Shown one piece after another: positions 46,005-58,061 of a stretch of DNA of 64,000 nucleotides. Made by a program: the position numbers and the translations under genes. The stretch's first letter is position 1, and every line of letters begins with the position of its first letter. A model generated the notes under the pieces. The model saw only the letters and a program-made list of their open reading frames with translations. It was not told the DNA's origin and did not search any database. This DNA is from Octopus sinensis. Taxonomy: Eukaryota. The DNA is taken from positions 67,952,001 to 68,016,000 of the forward strand of contig NC_043005.1 of the NCBI RefSeq assembly GCF_006345805.1, in the 5' to 3' direction.

Positions 46005-46600
46005 ATACATACATACATACATACATACATACATACATACATACATACATACATGGTGGCTGCCCCCTCGTTATCGAGTATGGCTATTGCACAAAGCTTA
46101 ATCAATGTTGTTATCATGCAATGCCTGTGCAAGAAGATTTTTTTTTTAAAGTGAGGAAAGGCTGTGCACTGAGTCAATCCCACTCACTAAGCAACAGCAG
46201 CCATAATCCGAAAAGAAGAACAAATCAACATCATCGGTAACCGCTGAGCCGCAGGTTTTATGTCGGAGTTATCCCAGTTACCTGAGTTACCTTCTCCTAG
46301 AAGGATGCCCTAACAAAGGCTAGGAGTCATTCACTCCTAATGGTTTAACCGCGCGATCGGGTATTCAGTCCGATTATTTCTATGTCCCCGCGCATGATAC
46401 AGCCTTAAGACATTTATTGGATGGCCGTTGACTCTCAAGAGTTCCTCCACCCTTTGACGGGTTTTGATTTTCATCCCGTAGGGTGTCCAACAAACACCCT
46501 CTTCACCAAGCAAGCTTGGTGGGGTTGCCGGTTTAGTGGCCGACGACCCGACCATCCAACAGGTTGTACTGGGTTACATGTTACCAGTAGCATTCGAAAG
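46005..46600 (-). mobile_element. Short bipartite RTE-derived non-autonomous element (5' UTR joined to 3' end plus (ATGT)n tail)
   Basis: The - strand has an RTE-5'UTR-like GGGCATCCTTCTAGGAGAAGGTAACTC..AAAACC and ends in GCCATACTCGATAACGAGGGGGCAGCCACC(ATGT)n, shared with the 13269 element. Confidence 0.55.
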
Positions 46601-46814
46601 TGATACACACGCACGCACGCACGCGCACACACACACACACATACACACACATACATACACACGCATACGTACGTACGTACATACATGCATGCATGCATGC
46701 ATACATACACACACACACACACATACACACATACACACACACACATACATAATACATACATACATACATACATACATACAAACATACATACATACATACA
46801 AACATACATACATA

Positions 46815-46980
46815 CATACGATGGGTTTCCTTTAGTTTCCGTCTACCAAATTCTCTCACAAGGCTTTGGTCGGCCCGAGGCTATAGTAGAAGACACTTGC
46901 CCAAGGTGCCACATTGTGGGATTGAACCCGGAACCATGTGGTTGGTAAGCAAGCTACTTAACACACAGTTTACTCCTGCG
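46815..46980 (-). mobile_element. SINE family B 5' part, with microsatellite at 46604-46815
   Basis: Head modules are present in reverse complement. Confidence 0.8.
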
Positions 46981-47167
46981 ACTAATGAATTTGCTTTCAA
47001 CATGAAATATAAAAAAAATATTGGCGTGAATAAGAAGCTCTGTATTACATTATAACGTTTTAATAATTGCAGGCGGAGAAAATTATTATATTATAACGTT
47101 TTAATGACTGCAGGGTGAGAAAACCAAGACAATACAAATGAAAGACACTTTCAATAAAAATTTGCTA

Positions 47168-47239
47168 TGACCCCGACGTGATTCGAACACGCAGCCTTCT
47201 GATCTGGAGTCAGACGCGCTACCGTTGCGCCACGAGGCC
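47168..47239 (-). tRNA. tRNA-Trp (CCA)
   Basis: The reverse complement GGCCTCGTGGCGCAACGGTAGCGCGTCTGACTCCAGATCAGAAGGCTGCGTGTTCGAATCACGTCGGGGTCA is 72 nt, folds as a full cloverleaf and has intact A/B boxes; a T5 terminator lies just downstream. Confidence 0.97.
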
Positions 47240-47820
47240 AGTGCTGGCAGTAGGTATACTTTTTAATATAAATACTATTGTTAAAATATATGTTCCTATA
47301 GTACTTTTGCATTTCGATTTTGTTTCAACTATCAGTATGATAACAAAAGCGTAAGATATTTAAATTACTTCCTGTATATAAACAGAGTAGTTTCAATTTC
47401 AGTGTATAAAAGTGCGTGTTAAGCATAAAGCGTATATGTTGTTTCTGTATTACTAGTCATCTTATAATAGTTTAATTTTTTACATCGTATTTTTCCTTAT
47501 ATATTTCAAGTAAGTTACTCTCTGTCTCACTTTCACTTTGCCCTGAATTTCTTGTATTTATCAAACATCAGAAGATCTGTAATAGCGACTATGTTTATAT
47601 TTATGAACAACATAGCTCTGAACTCATTGTTTCGTAGTAGTATATAAGTGACAGACGTTACATTTGTATTTATAAAAATATTTATTGTAAATATTCGATG
47701 ATAAATTATATATGAATAAATAATTTTGTTTATAATTTTTCTTTAATAGTCTAACGTTTAATTCATTTCTTTCGTTAATTAAAATAGCATAGCTTTATAT
47801 GATAGTATTTAGTAGCCAGC

Positions 47821-47916
47821 ATGGAGACTATACTAGAACAGCAACGTCGTTATCATGAAGAAAGGGAACGGTTAATGGATGCTATGGTTAAAGAAATGCT
47901 TTTGCCAAAGAAAACA
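47821..47916 (+). CDS. SF3A3: Splicing factor 3A subunit 3, coding exon 1
   Basis: METILEQQRRYHEERERLMDAMVKEMLLPKKT is nearly identical to the human SF3A3 N-terminus (METILEQQRRYHEEKERLMDVMAKEML); followed by a GTAAGT donor at 47917. Confidence 0.95.
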
Positions 47917-49305
47917 GTAAGTTAACAACATATTTCTCTCAGAATCTCAATTTCAAAGAACTGTGTTCACAAGTTTTGCTACTAGTACACATTTGTCATT
48001 TGTACTGTTAACCTTTTGTATTGGAAAGCCACCACCGGACATTGTTGTCTTTGGATTTGCTTGTGGTTCACGTCTAACACGTATGTTTCGTTAATATATA
48101 TTCCCCTGGGCCTTTAGTTCACACATTCGACATTCCTTACACGCAATGTCCGCTTCATATTTCGGCGAAACTACTTTTATGTTCTTCCTTTATTGTTTGT
48201 AAACAGTATATTCCGCCATGACATTTTATCTCGCCAACAAAGCAGCCTCTATTATCGCTTACTCTGCTAGAAATAACAACTAAATCTTTCTGAAGTCGTG
48301 CCCTATCTTGACATAAAAGTAATGACAAGGAATTATGCGGTCCTTATAAACTGTACCTAAAAATCACAGACGGAATGGTCAAGACCGGAACTCCTTTGTT
48401 TTTAGGTTTGCTCGATTAGAGCTGACTAAGGATTTAGTACCGGTTTTAATATTTATTTACTACAGCAACTAGCAATGTATTACATCAAAATCCCAATTAT
48501 TATGGCGACCAAAAGATTGCCATTATTTCCTTGCTTTAAAATTTGGTGTAACTAGTGGTCTCGATTCCATGCCTTGTCTTCTAAACGATTGCCAGTTCTG
48601 CTAGAAAAAGCAGCCAAATCTTCCTAACTTAACGACTTAAAAGAGGGAAGGACACATTGGATAATAAAATAATTTTTTACTCTCTAAAAAAAGACTGCAT
48701 GGTCGCAGCTGGAATGCCTTTGAACATAAATCTGCTCGATCGTAATTTATCAGTGACTAGTGGCCTAGTTGCACTCATGATCCTGAGATCTTGGGTTCTA
48801 TTCCTTGACAGGACCGTGCATTGTGTTAGGCAAACGCTTCATCTCACGTTGCCCTGTGCTTAATTAGGCATCTGATGTATAGCACACCTTGTACCTGTTC
48901 AGGCAATGTCGATTTGATGTTGAGATTAAGGTAATGTACAGCACAAACGTTTGATCGCTGTAAACAAATCATCTGTACAAGAAAATGCAGAACTGCTTTT
49001 GAGCACAGCTGTCTTTAAAGGTGACTAGGCCTCAACAACTATGTCCTTAGTCAACCATGTTTTAAATTGTCATGGTATCCCTCTGACCCAAATACAACCA
49101 AGCTATGATCTGTGTTTCTATGTAATAGGTTATATATATATATATATATATCAACGTTTAACTTCCAATTTCCATGTAGGCATGGGTTGGACGGTTTGAC
49201 AGGAGCTAGCCAACTGAAGCATGGTCCAGGCTCCAGTTGTCTGTTTTGGTATGGTTTGTATGGCTGGATGCCCTTGATAACGCTGCACACACACATATAT
49301 ATATA

Positions 49306-49580
49306 GTGAAGGCGCGTGGCTTAGTGGTTAGGGATTCCTGGTGACGTGTTGTGTCCTTGAGCAAGACACTTTATTTCATGTTGCTCCAGTCCACTCAGCT
49401 GGCAATAATGAGTTGTACCTGTATTTCAAAGGGTCGGCCTTGTCACACTCTGTGCCATTCTGAATCTCCCTGAGAACTATGTTAGAAGTACATGTGTTTG
49501 GGGATTGCTCAGTCACTTGCACGTTAATTTCATGAGCAAGCTGTTCCGTTGATTGTATCAGCTGGGACCCTCATCATCAT
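49306..49580 (+). mobile_element. SINE family C
   Basis: GTGAAGGCGCGTGGCTTAGTGGTTAG...TGTGTCCTTGAGCAAGACACTTTATTTCATGTTGCTCCAG. Confidence 0.75.
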
Positions 49581-49744
49581 AACCGACAGAGTGCTCCTTG
49601 ATATATATATATATATGTACATATATAACAGATAACTTAGTTCAGAGCAAGCTGCTATTCCTTTCATTCACGGGAGAAGGCCTTTGACAGGGTGATGATT
49701 AAGAAAAATGTGAAGGTTAATGGTTTATGAAAGCCATGAAACCC

Positions 49745-49957
49745 ATTTCTTTACTACCCACAAGGGGCTAAACACAGAGTAGATAAACAAGGACAGACAA
49801 ACGGATTAAGTTGATTACATCGACCCCTGGTACTTATTTAATCGACCCCGAAAGGATGAAAGGCAAAGTTGACCTCGGCGGAATTTGAACTCACAACGTA
49901 ACGGCAGACGAAATACCGCTAAGCATTTCGCCCGGCGTCCTAACGTTTCTGCCAGCT
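49745..49957 (-). mobile_element. SINE family A
   Basis: Reverse complement of the family consensus. Confidence 0.85.
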
Positions 49958-50380
49958 GTCTGTGAGTTATGAGTTGATAATGAGTTAGGTGAGAAATTTA
50001 GCATACCAGTTTTGTGTCCATCAGGACTTGATTCTCAGCTCTCTCTTTTGTATATAAACGTCTCTGGGTGATAACAGGAGTTACAGACTGGCTATGAAAT
50101 CTCCTTTATATTGACACTCATTTGGAGAGAACTCTCAAGCATGGATGCATGTGAATCTGACTCAGCTTTGGAGAGAAATGGATGCAAAGCCTAAAAAATA
50201 AACCTAATGAAGACAGCATTTTTAATGATTATTTGCATAATTATTCTCAATATGTCCTGGCAGGTTTGAATGCAAAGTATACTGGTTGCAGTTTTGCATG
50301 CACTACTGGGATACACAATCTGCAGAAAAGGAATTAGTATGAATTCCATATGATGACCCAGGTAGGCTGATCATCATCAT

Positions 50381-51100
50381 GATCATCGTTTAGCGTCCGC
50401 TTTCCATGCTCACATGAATGGTGCTCTTTATGTGCCTGGCTTCAACCTCGACTGGCTTCCGTGTCGGTGGCACATGAAAAGCACCATCCAAATCGTGGCC
50501 GAAGCCAGTGCCGCCTCAACTGGCTTCCGTGCAGGTGGCACGTAAAATGCACCAACCCGACCATGGCCGATGCCAGCCTCGCTTGGCTCCAGTGCAGGTG
50601 GCACATAAAATCACCCACTACACTCTCGGAGTGGTTGGCGTTAGGAAGGGCATCCAGCTGTAGAAACACTGCCAGATCCGACTGGCCTGGTGCAGCCTTC
50701 GGGCTCCCCAGACCCCAGTTGAACCGTCCAACCCATGCTAGCATGGAAAACGGACGCTAAACGATGATGATGATGATGATGATGATATATATATATATAT
50801 ATATATATATATCTTGGCTAGCATGGGAGTGTGTATGGAGAACAATGAAGAGTAGCATCTGAAATGTCGTTGAAGATCGATCCTCAAGCTGTAGTTTCAG
50901 TACATATGTGTCATCATTTAACATCCATCTTCCGTACTGGCATGGGTTGGTTGGTTCAACAGGATCTGATGAGTTGGAGGGCTGCATCATGCTCCAGTGT
51001 CTGCTATGGCACAGTACCTCCGACTGGATACTCTTCCTAATGCCGACCGCTTTACAGAGTAATACTGGGTGCATTTTTGAGGCACCTGCACCAGTGAGGT
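50381..51100. mobile_element. Cluster of SINE family D copies in opposite orientations
   Basis: Inverted tail 50381-50415, + strand copy to the (GAT)n tail at ~50780, - strand copy ~50912-51100. Confidence 0.8.
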
Positions 51101-51304
51101 TACCATGTAACTTGCAAGATTTGCAAGTCCCTCAACTGAGTGAGAATATAGTGGAGAGGAAGGTGGCCTTATATTAGGTGTTGAGAGGTTAAAGTATGAA
51201 AGAAGAGACAAGAATGGGTTTATCGTAAGCAGAAAAATTGTTCAGAGGGCAATTTTTCGAGTAGAAGTATTATTTCTAAAATTACAACATGTACACCCAT
51301 TTTA

Positions 51305-51867
51305 TTGGGTTGTCTGGAAAGTTCGTGCTGATTTTTAAAGGAAAGGAAAAGGTCAATAAATACTTGCCATTACATCTTTAATCAACCAAATATGAACCAT
51401 TTTGTTGCACAATGCATCTTCATCTTTCCTTTAACTTGAAAATACCCTCTCCCCAGAATTGAGGTGGTTTCATGGCAATTCATCAGGGTATCTTTTTATG
51501 TCATCCAAGGAATTGAAATTTTTACCATTAAGACTATTCTGTTGAGACCTGAATAAGTGGAAATCCGAAGGAGCAATATCTGGTGAATATGGAGGGTGGG
51601 GTAACAAATCCCAGCCGAGCTGCAGCAATTTTTGTCTGGTTCCCATAGCATCAAGTGCCGAAAATGAACTGCCTTATCTTCCATTTCAAAGGGTTACAGA
51701 ATTAACACAGGTTATAGGAACATAAACCTTCTTCCACGAAAAGATAGCTTAAACTGTGCTCTAAATGGAGGTGTAGTCAAATTCTATTTTATGAACTCAA
51801 CCATGTTCTTAAAATAAGTCGAAAGGTAAGCTACTATAAATCAGCATGAACTTTCCGGACAACCCAA
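51305..51867 (-). mobile_element. Non-autonomous mariner deletion derivative, second copy (563 bp)
   Basis: TA-flanked; same TIRs and internal sequence as 35519-36084. Confidence 0.92.
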
Positions 51868-52214
51868 TACTTTTTGATTCATCTTCATGGAGGTGGGAGT
51901 AGTTGATTGAATCAACCTAGCCAAAATACCTGCAAAAGAGTGGATTCTGCTAAAACCACTCAAGGACCAGGTTAAACTGAGTGACAGTCCACCATTCTAT
52001 AAAAGATGAAGTTCATCCAATGAATTTCTATACAATTTCCATCTACTCAGTTTCATGCACTGGGCTTGTTTACTTTTTGGTACATTATGGTAGAAGTCAC
52101 ATGTCCAAGATGCTGTGAAATAGGATTAAACCAAAAACCATATGATTGTTTTCTATGTGGTATTTTAAAATTTCTGTATTGGATCCTGTGTACTGTGTTT
52201 TCATCTATCTTTTT

Positions 52215-52598
52215 TATCATTTACTTGTTTCAGTCATTAGACTACAGCCATTCTGGGGCTTTGCCTTGAAGAATTTTTAGTCATATGAATCTATCCCAGT
52301 ACTTTTTAAAGCCTGGTACTTATTCTGTTGATCTCTTTTGCTGAACTGCTAAGTTACAGGGATACAAACACACCAACACCAGTTAAGTGGTGGTGGGGGA
52401 TAAATACACACACATACACACACACATGCATACACATACATATGACTGGCTTCTTCTAGTTTCTATCTATCATATCTACTCACAAGCTTTTGGTCAGCCT
52501 GAAGCTATAGTAGAAGTCACTAATCCAAGGTGCCATGCAGTGGGACTGAGCCTGGAACCATGTGGTTGGGAAGCAAGCTTCTTGCCACACAGCCACAC
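52215..52598 (-). mobile_element. SINE family B (old copy)
   Basis: Diverged reverse complement of the consensus. Confidence 0.75.
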
Positions 52599-52739
52599 TT
52601 GTGAGGATCTGGCTGGACGACAGCTTGTGTTGGTTGGTCACATACCATATGGTCATGATGGATGATAAAGTATTAATATCTCACATGAACTGAAGAGAGG
52701 AGGAGAGTAGAGCCCATGTGGTGCAAAGGAGTGAAGAGA

Positions 52740-53560
52740 GAAGATTAATTCCACTTCACGGCAAAGGCGGGAGTGTAGATGGCCCTGCACAAAGATAGTC
52801 TGAACACAAGCTGATGTTGTAGCAAATGACCGGTAGAGCGGAAATGGTGTGAGACCGGGGTGTCATTGTTGAGTCTGATGTCTTGGAAGTGCTTCGTGAA
52901 CTGGTCAGCCAAGCAAAGTCCTTTTTCACCGATGTACAGGGAAGGACAGAGAAAGCAGGAGATACAGTAAATGACATTACTAGAAGTGCAGGTAAAGGAG
53001 TTGGTGATGTGATAGGGACAATGATGGGTACCTGTGAGGATGGTGGTGTTGGAGAGGTAGGGGCAAGTGTGACAGCATGGGTGGGAGCAGGGGAACATGC
53101 CAGGTTGAGAGGAGGTGGTTAGGTAAGAAACTATGGACCAGGAGGTCACATAGGTTCTGGGCTCGTTTGAAGGCAAGAAGGGGTAGGTTGGAGAAGATAT
53201 GTGAGGTGGAGTGGTGGTAGGTGAGGGAAGACGAGCAATAGTGGGATGGGTGCGAGGAGAAAGAGCAGAGATATGGTCCATAGGTTATACACTGGCTAGG
53301 GCAGTGTGGACAGTGGTGGACATGTAGGATGAAATGGTAAGCCATGAGTTGAGACTGAGCCTCAAAGTCATGGTTGTCACTGCAGAGCCTGCACAGATGG
53401 AGAGCTTGGTGTGGGTAGGGTGGGAGGAGGAGAAGTTAATGTAGTAGTGTGAGTCAGTGTGGATGGAGTTAGTGAGAGCAGAGTGGTGTATTCTGACAGA
53501 AATGTCAAAAAATTGAGATAGTCTGGAGAATTCGAGGGCAGGATGGAAGGATTGGACAAA
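52740..53560 (-). mobile_element. Penelope-like element fragment with GIY-YIG endonuclease
   Basis: SFTCTSSNVIYCISCFLCPSLYIGEKGLCLADQFTKHFQDIRLNNDTPVSHHF; upstream PLLAFKRAQNLCDLLV is typical of PLE. Confidence 0.8.
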
Positions 53561-53646
53561 AGCATTGCAGTTCAGAAATGCAATCGACGGAGCTATTGAA
53601 GTTTATAAAAAGGCAGCACCAGCAACTACCCATCACTATGTTCCTC

Positions 53647-53990
53647 ATCATCATCATCATCATCATCATCTAGCGTCCGTTTTCCATGCTAGCATGGGTT
53701 GGACGGTTCAACTGGGGTCTGTGAAGCCAGAAGGCTGCATCAGGCCCAGTCTGATCTGGCAGTGTTTCTACGGCTGGATGCCCTTCCTAACGCCAACCAC
53801 TCCGCGAGTTGGGTTCTTTTTACGCGCCACCCGCACAGGTGGCAGACGGAGCTGGCAAACGGCCACGAACGGATGGTGCTTTTACGTGGCACTGGCACGG
53901 AGGCCAGTCGGGGCGGTGCTGGCAACGGCCACGAACAGATAGTGCTTTTTACGTGCCACCGGCACGGGGGCCAGGCGAGGCTGGCAGAAG
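53647..53990 (-). mobile_element. SINE family D with internal tandem subrepeats
   Basis: (CAT)n-CTAGCGTCCGTTTTCCATGCTAGCATGGGTTGGACGG start. Confidence 0.85.
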
Positions 53991-54109
53991 ACACTCCTAA
54001 GTTCTGGTATCAAACTCCTTCATCACTCATGGCTAACAGGAGGTGATGCTTGTGATAGTGGGGCACTTTACTCACTCTAATATCTCTCCCAAAATCAAAA
54101 TCACATTCG

Positions 54110-54565
54110 ATGACTGGCATCCGTACTAGCGGGGTGCAAAGAGCACCATACGAGCGTGATAATTGACTGAGTGGCTAACCGGCTTCCATGCAAGTGGCAC
54201 TTAAAAGGCACCATTCGAGTGTGATCATTACCTGTGTCGCCTTACTGGCACTTGTGCCCGTGCTAGTAGGGTGCCAAGAGCACCATTTGAGCGTGATCGT
54301 TACCAACGTCGCCTTACTGGCACCTGTGCTGGTGGCACCTGTAAAAAGATTTGAGCAAAGTCGTTGCCAGTACCGCCTGACTGGCCCCAGTGCCAGTGGC
54401 ACATAAAAAGCACCCACTACACTCTCAGAGTGGTTGGCGTTAGGAAGGGCACCCAGCTGTAGAAACTCTGCCAAATCTAGATTGGAGCCTGGCGCAGCCA
54501 TCTGGTTCACCAGCCCTCAGTCAAAATCGTCCAACCCATGGAAAGCGGATGTTAAACGATGATGT
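54110..54565 (+). mobile_element. SINE family D
   Basis: Ends ...CCAACCCATGGAAAGCGGATGTTAAACGATGATG. Confidence 0.8.
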
Positions 54566-54767
54566 ATTTATCTAAAATATATGGCTGAAGTAACTGTCTT
54601 GTATGTAGATGAGATCAACTCATTGGATAAACATAACAGCAGAATGATAATGTGCTATAGATTATGAATGAAACAAGACAAGAACAAACCATTTCCAGTG
54701 AACACAATGCAAAAAAAGAGAAGACACTCCTAAGAGTGTGGGCAGAGTTTATAAAAGCTTGAATCAT

Positions 54768-55010
54768 CACCATCATCATTTAACGTCCGTTTTCCATGCT
54801 AGCATGGGTTGGACGGTTCGACTGGGGTCTGGGAAGCCAGGAGGCTGCACCAGGCTCCAGTCTGATCTGGCAGTGTTTCTATAGCTGGATGCCCTTCTTA
54901 ATGCCAATCACTCCGTGAGTACAGTGGGTGCTTTTTACATGCCACCAACACAGGGGCCAGAGGAGGCTGGCAATGGCCACGATGGGTTGGTACTTTTTAA
55001 GTGCCACTGG
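54768..55010 (-). mobile_element. SINE family D
   Basis: Same start as the 53647 copy. Confidence 0.85.
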
Positions 55011-55607
55011 CAAGGACATAAAAATAATAAAAAAAAATATGCAGTACTGTTTCTACTTTGCAAATTTTCACCTATTGCAGGGGTGTTTTGGAACATAACA
55101 CCTTCGATAGTTAAGGAATTTCTGTATATATATATATTATAGGCCTTCAGTTTCTGTCTATCACATCCACTCGTGAGGTTTTGGTTGGCTCGGGCTGTTG
55201 TAAAAAAAAAACACATGCCCAAGGTGATGCTGTGCAGTGGAACTGAATCCAAAACTACATGATTGGAGAAAGCAAGGTTCTTAACCACACAGCTACTTGT
55301 GTACCAACAAACCATTTTAAAGTCGTCGATTCACTTGAGCAAAAAAATCGAGAATTAACAATAAATAAATATATTTATCAGACAGACAAATAGGATTTTG
55401 TGGATTTTATTAAGTTGTACTAACAGGTATCAAACCGTTTGTTGTTTTGTTTGTGATTAAAAGTACATTTCACTGTTTTGTTTTTGCTTGTCTTATTAGC
55501 TCAGGCTAACTTGTGTGTAAACATTTTCTTGAAGTGTATGTATGATGTAATGTGAAAAGTATTGGTTGTGTTTACTGGAAATGGTTTGTTCTTGTCTTGT
55601 TTCATTT

Positions 55608-55900
55608 ATCTCTTATATAAAATCCGTTCTGTCTGTCTGTGTGTGTGTGTCTTCTCAGTTCTCGGGCATCCTCCATCCGATTGCGCTCCAATTTGATATG
55701 TAGATACTGATGGTATCAGGGCGTGTATATGTCTTGAAAAAATTACAAAAATCGATTCCAGGTGAGAATGCGATCGATAAAGCCGTTTTTGTCCTGCTTT
55801 TCTTCCATCAACCTCTACATAACTGAACCTTCCAATTTTTGTTGTTTTTGTACTGTTTAAAGGCACGTTTCTTTCCTGCCAAGCTTACTGTTTAAACCGT
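55608..55900 (+). mobile_element. Possible Helitron-like 5' end fragment
   Basis: A|TCTCTTATATAAAA followed by (CTGT)n(GT)n, as in non-autonomous Helitrons; no 3' hairpin or CTRR identified. Confidence 0.35.
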
Positions 55901-56661
55901 GTTTGTGTTCTCCCAGTCAACAGCCTTATCATTACTGGGGTTGATATAATTGACTCAATCCCTTTGTCTGTCCTTGTTTGTCCCCTCTATGTTTAGCCCC
56001 TTGTGGGCAATAAAGAAATAAGGACAAGCACGAGTGCTATAGAGGAGATACATAGATACAAAGCTATCCTGCTAACAACATTGTGTGAAGAGACACACAA
56101 CTACACAGAAGACTGCCACTCCTGCTACTTAATTCTTCCTATAACATTAAGTGACACAAAGTTCACTCACACATGCACATGTAAACAGCCAAAACCACAC
56201 TCACACATATGCTATTACACACACAGACTTGCACACACGCACATACCTCCTTCACTTACACTCTCCTGTCTTAGAAAGAAAATTTTCTTCACCCATTTCC
56301 TTCCAGGCATTTCAAAATGTAACCAAATGTGAATCATTGGCAATTTCCTTCCTCCGTCTTCTCTTCTGTTGAACTTTCCTCTGTTTCCAAAGATGAGTGT
56401 CTGCTCGAAACGTTAAACCATCTTTCTTTCCTTCCCTGAGCATCTGCTAATACATTACCTGTACCATGTCCTTGCATTGCGTTTTTTGTGTTTGTTCTTT
56501 TTCGGATTTACTATATATATATATATATAAAATAAAAAAAAAAGAGGTTGAATGAAAGGGAGATTATAAAGTGCTAGTGATCCCAACAAGAGAAGGTGCG
56601 TGTGTGTGTGACCATCTTGGAAGCAAATTAGTTTGATTCCTTTTGTTATTCAAGAACAAGC

Positions 56662-57056
56662 TGCGAGCTGGCAGAATTGTTAGCCTGCTGGGCGAAATGA
56701 TTAGTGGTATTTCGTCTGCTGTTACGTTCTGAGTTCAAATTCTGTCGAGGTTGACTTTACCTTTCATCCTTTTGGGTCGATAAATTAAGTACCAGTTACG
56801 CACTGGGGTCGATATAATCGACTTAATCCGTTTGTCTGCCCTTGTTTGTCTTCTCTGTGTTTGGCCCCTTGTGGGTAGTAAAGAAATAGGTATTTCGTCT
56901 GCTGCTACATTGAGTTCAAATTCCGCTGAAGTCCACTTTGCCTTTCATCCTTTTTGGTTGATATATTAAGTGCTACTTGAGTATTGGGGTTGATGTGATT
57001 GACTGCCCCCCTCCCCACAAAATCCAGACCTTGTGCCTATAGTAGAAAAGATTATT
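56662..57056 (+). mobile_element. Dimeric SINE family A (older)
   Basis: Monomer A, then GTATTTCGTCTG..., then the CCTATAGTAGAAAAGATT tail. Confidence 0.82.
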
Positions 57057-57477
57057 CAAGAACTATGTTGATTGATATTTGTTACGTTGGTTCCTGCATC
57101 AGTTGTTTTATTACAATCTGTCTTAATAGTCTTTCAAAGTTTGAGGGGCTGATTCTGTCTTTTGCTCACAAGCAATATTATGCTATGGCTTATTTCATCT
57201 GTATGAGTTAATTATACTCTATTCACTCTGAATTAATTCCTGATTGAGATATCAGTCTAGCCTGGCGTGGTTCATAATTTCTTCTATGTCAACCCCAAAT
57301 TAGAGCTGTGGTTAGTTTCATAAGCCATTGTTATTAATTATTGTATTTGTCTGCCCTTTGAATTGAATGAACTAAGACATTTTCCTCCTGAGTGAGAGAT
57401 TGTCTGTTAACTTAAAGCATGTGACACAAATGTGCATTAATAGAACCTTTATTTTAAGCTCATTTTAACATATATAC

Positions 57478-57885
57478 TTACTTTACTTTTACTTGTTTCA
57501 GTCATGTGACTGTGGCCATGCTTGAGCACCGCCTTTAGTCGAGCAAATCGACCCCCAGGACTTATTCTTTGTAAGCCTAGTACTTATTCTGTTGGTCCCT
57601 TTTGCCAAACCGCTAAGTTACAGATGTAAACACACCAGCATCAGTTGTCAAGCGATGTTGGGGGGACAAACACAGACACACAAACATATACACACACACA
57701 TATATATATATACATATATACGACGGGCTACTTTCAGTTTCCGTCAACCAAATCCACTCATAAGGCTTTGGTCGGCCCGCGGCTATAGTAGAAAACACTT
57801 GCCCAAGGTGCCACGCAGTGGGACTGAACCTGGAACCATGTGGTTGGTAAGCAAGCTACTTACCACACAGCCACTCCTATGCCTA
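57478..57885 (-). mobile_element. SINE family B
   Basis: Reverse complement of the consensus. Confidence 0.9.
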
Positions 57886-58061
57886 TGTGACTATTCTTTC
57901 TGCAATTCCATTTGATTTTGGAAGTAATTTCATTGGTTTACATTCAATCTTATCAAGTTGGTATACAAGTCATGGCAAAATTCACAGGAATTGTCAGACA
58001 CTGATATTTCTGGAACACTCTTTCTGACAAACAAAGTTCTTAATATCTGCCTAACTGTTAC

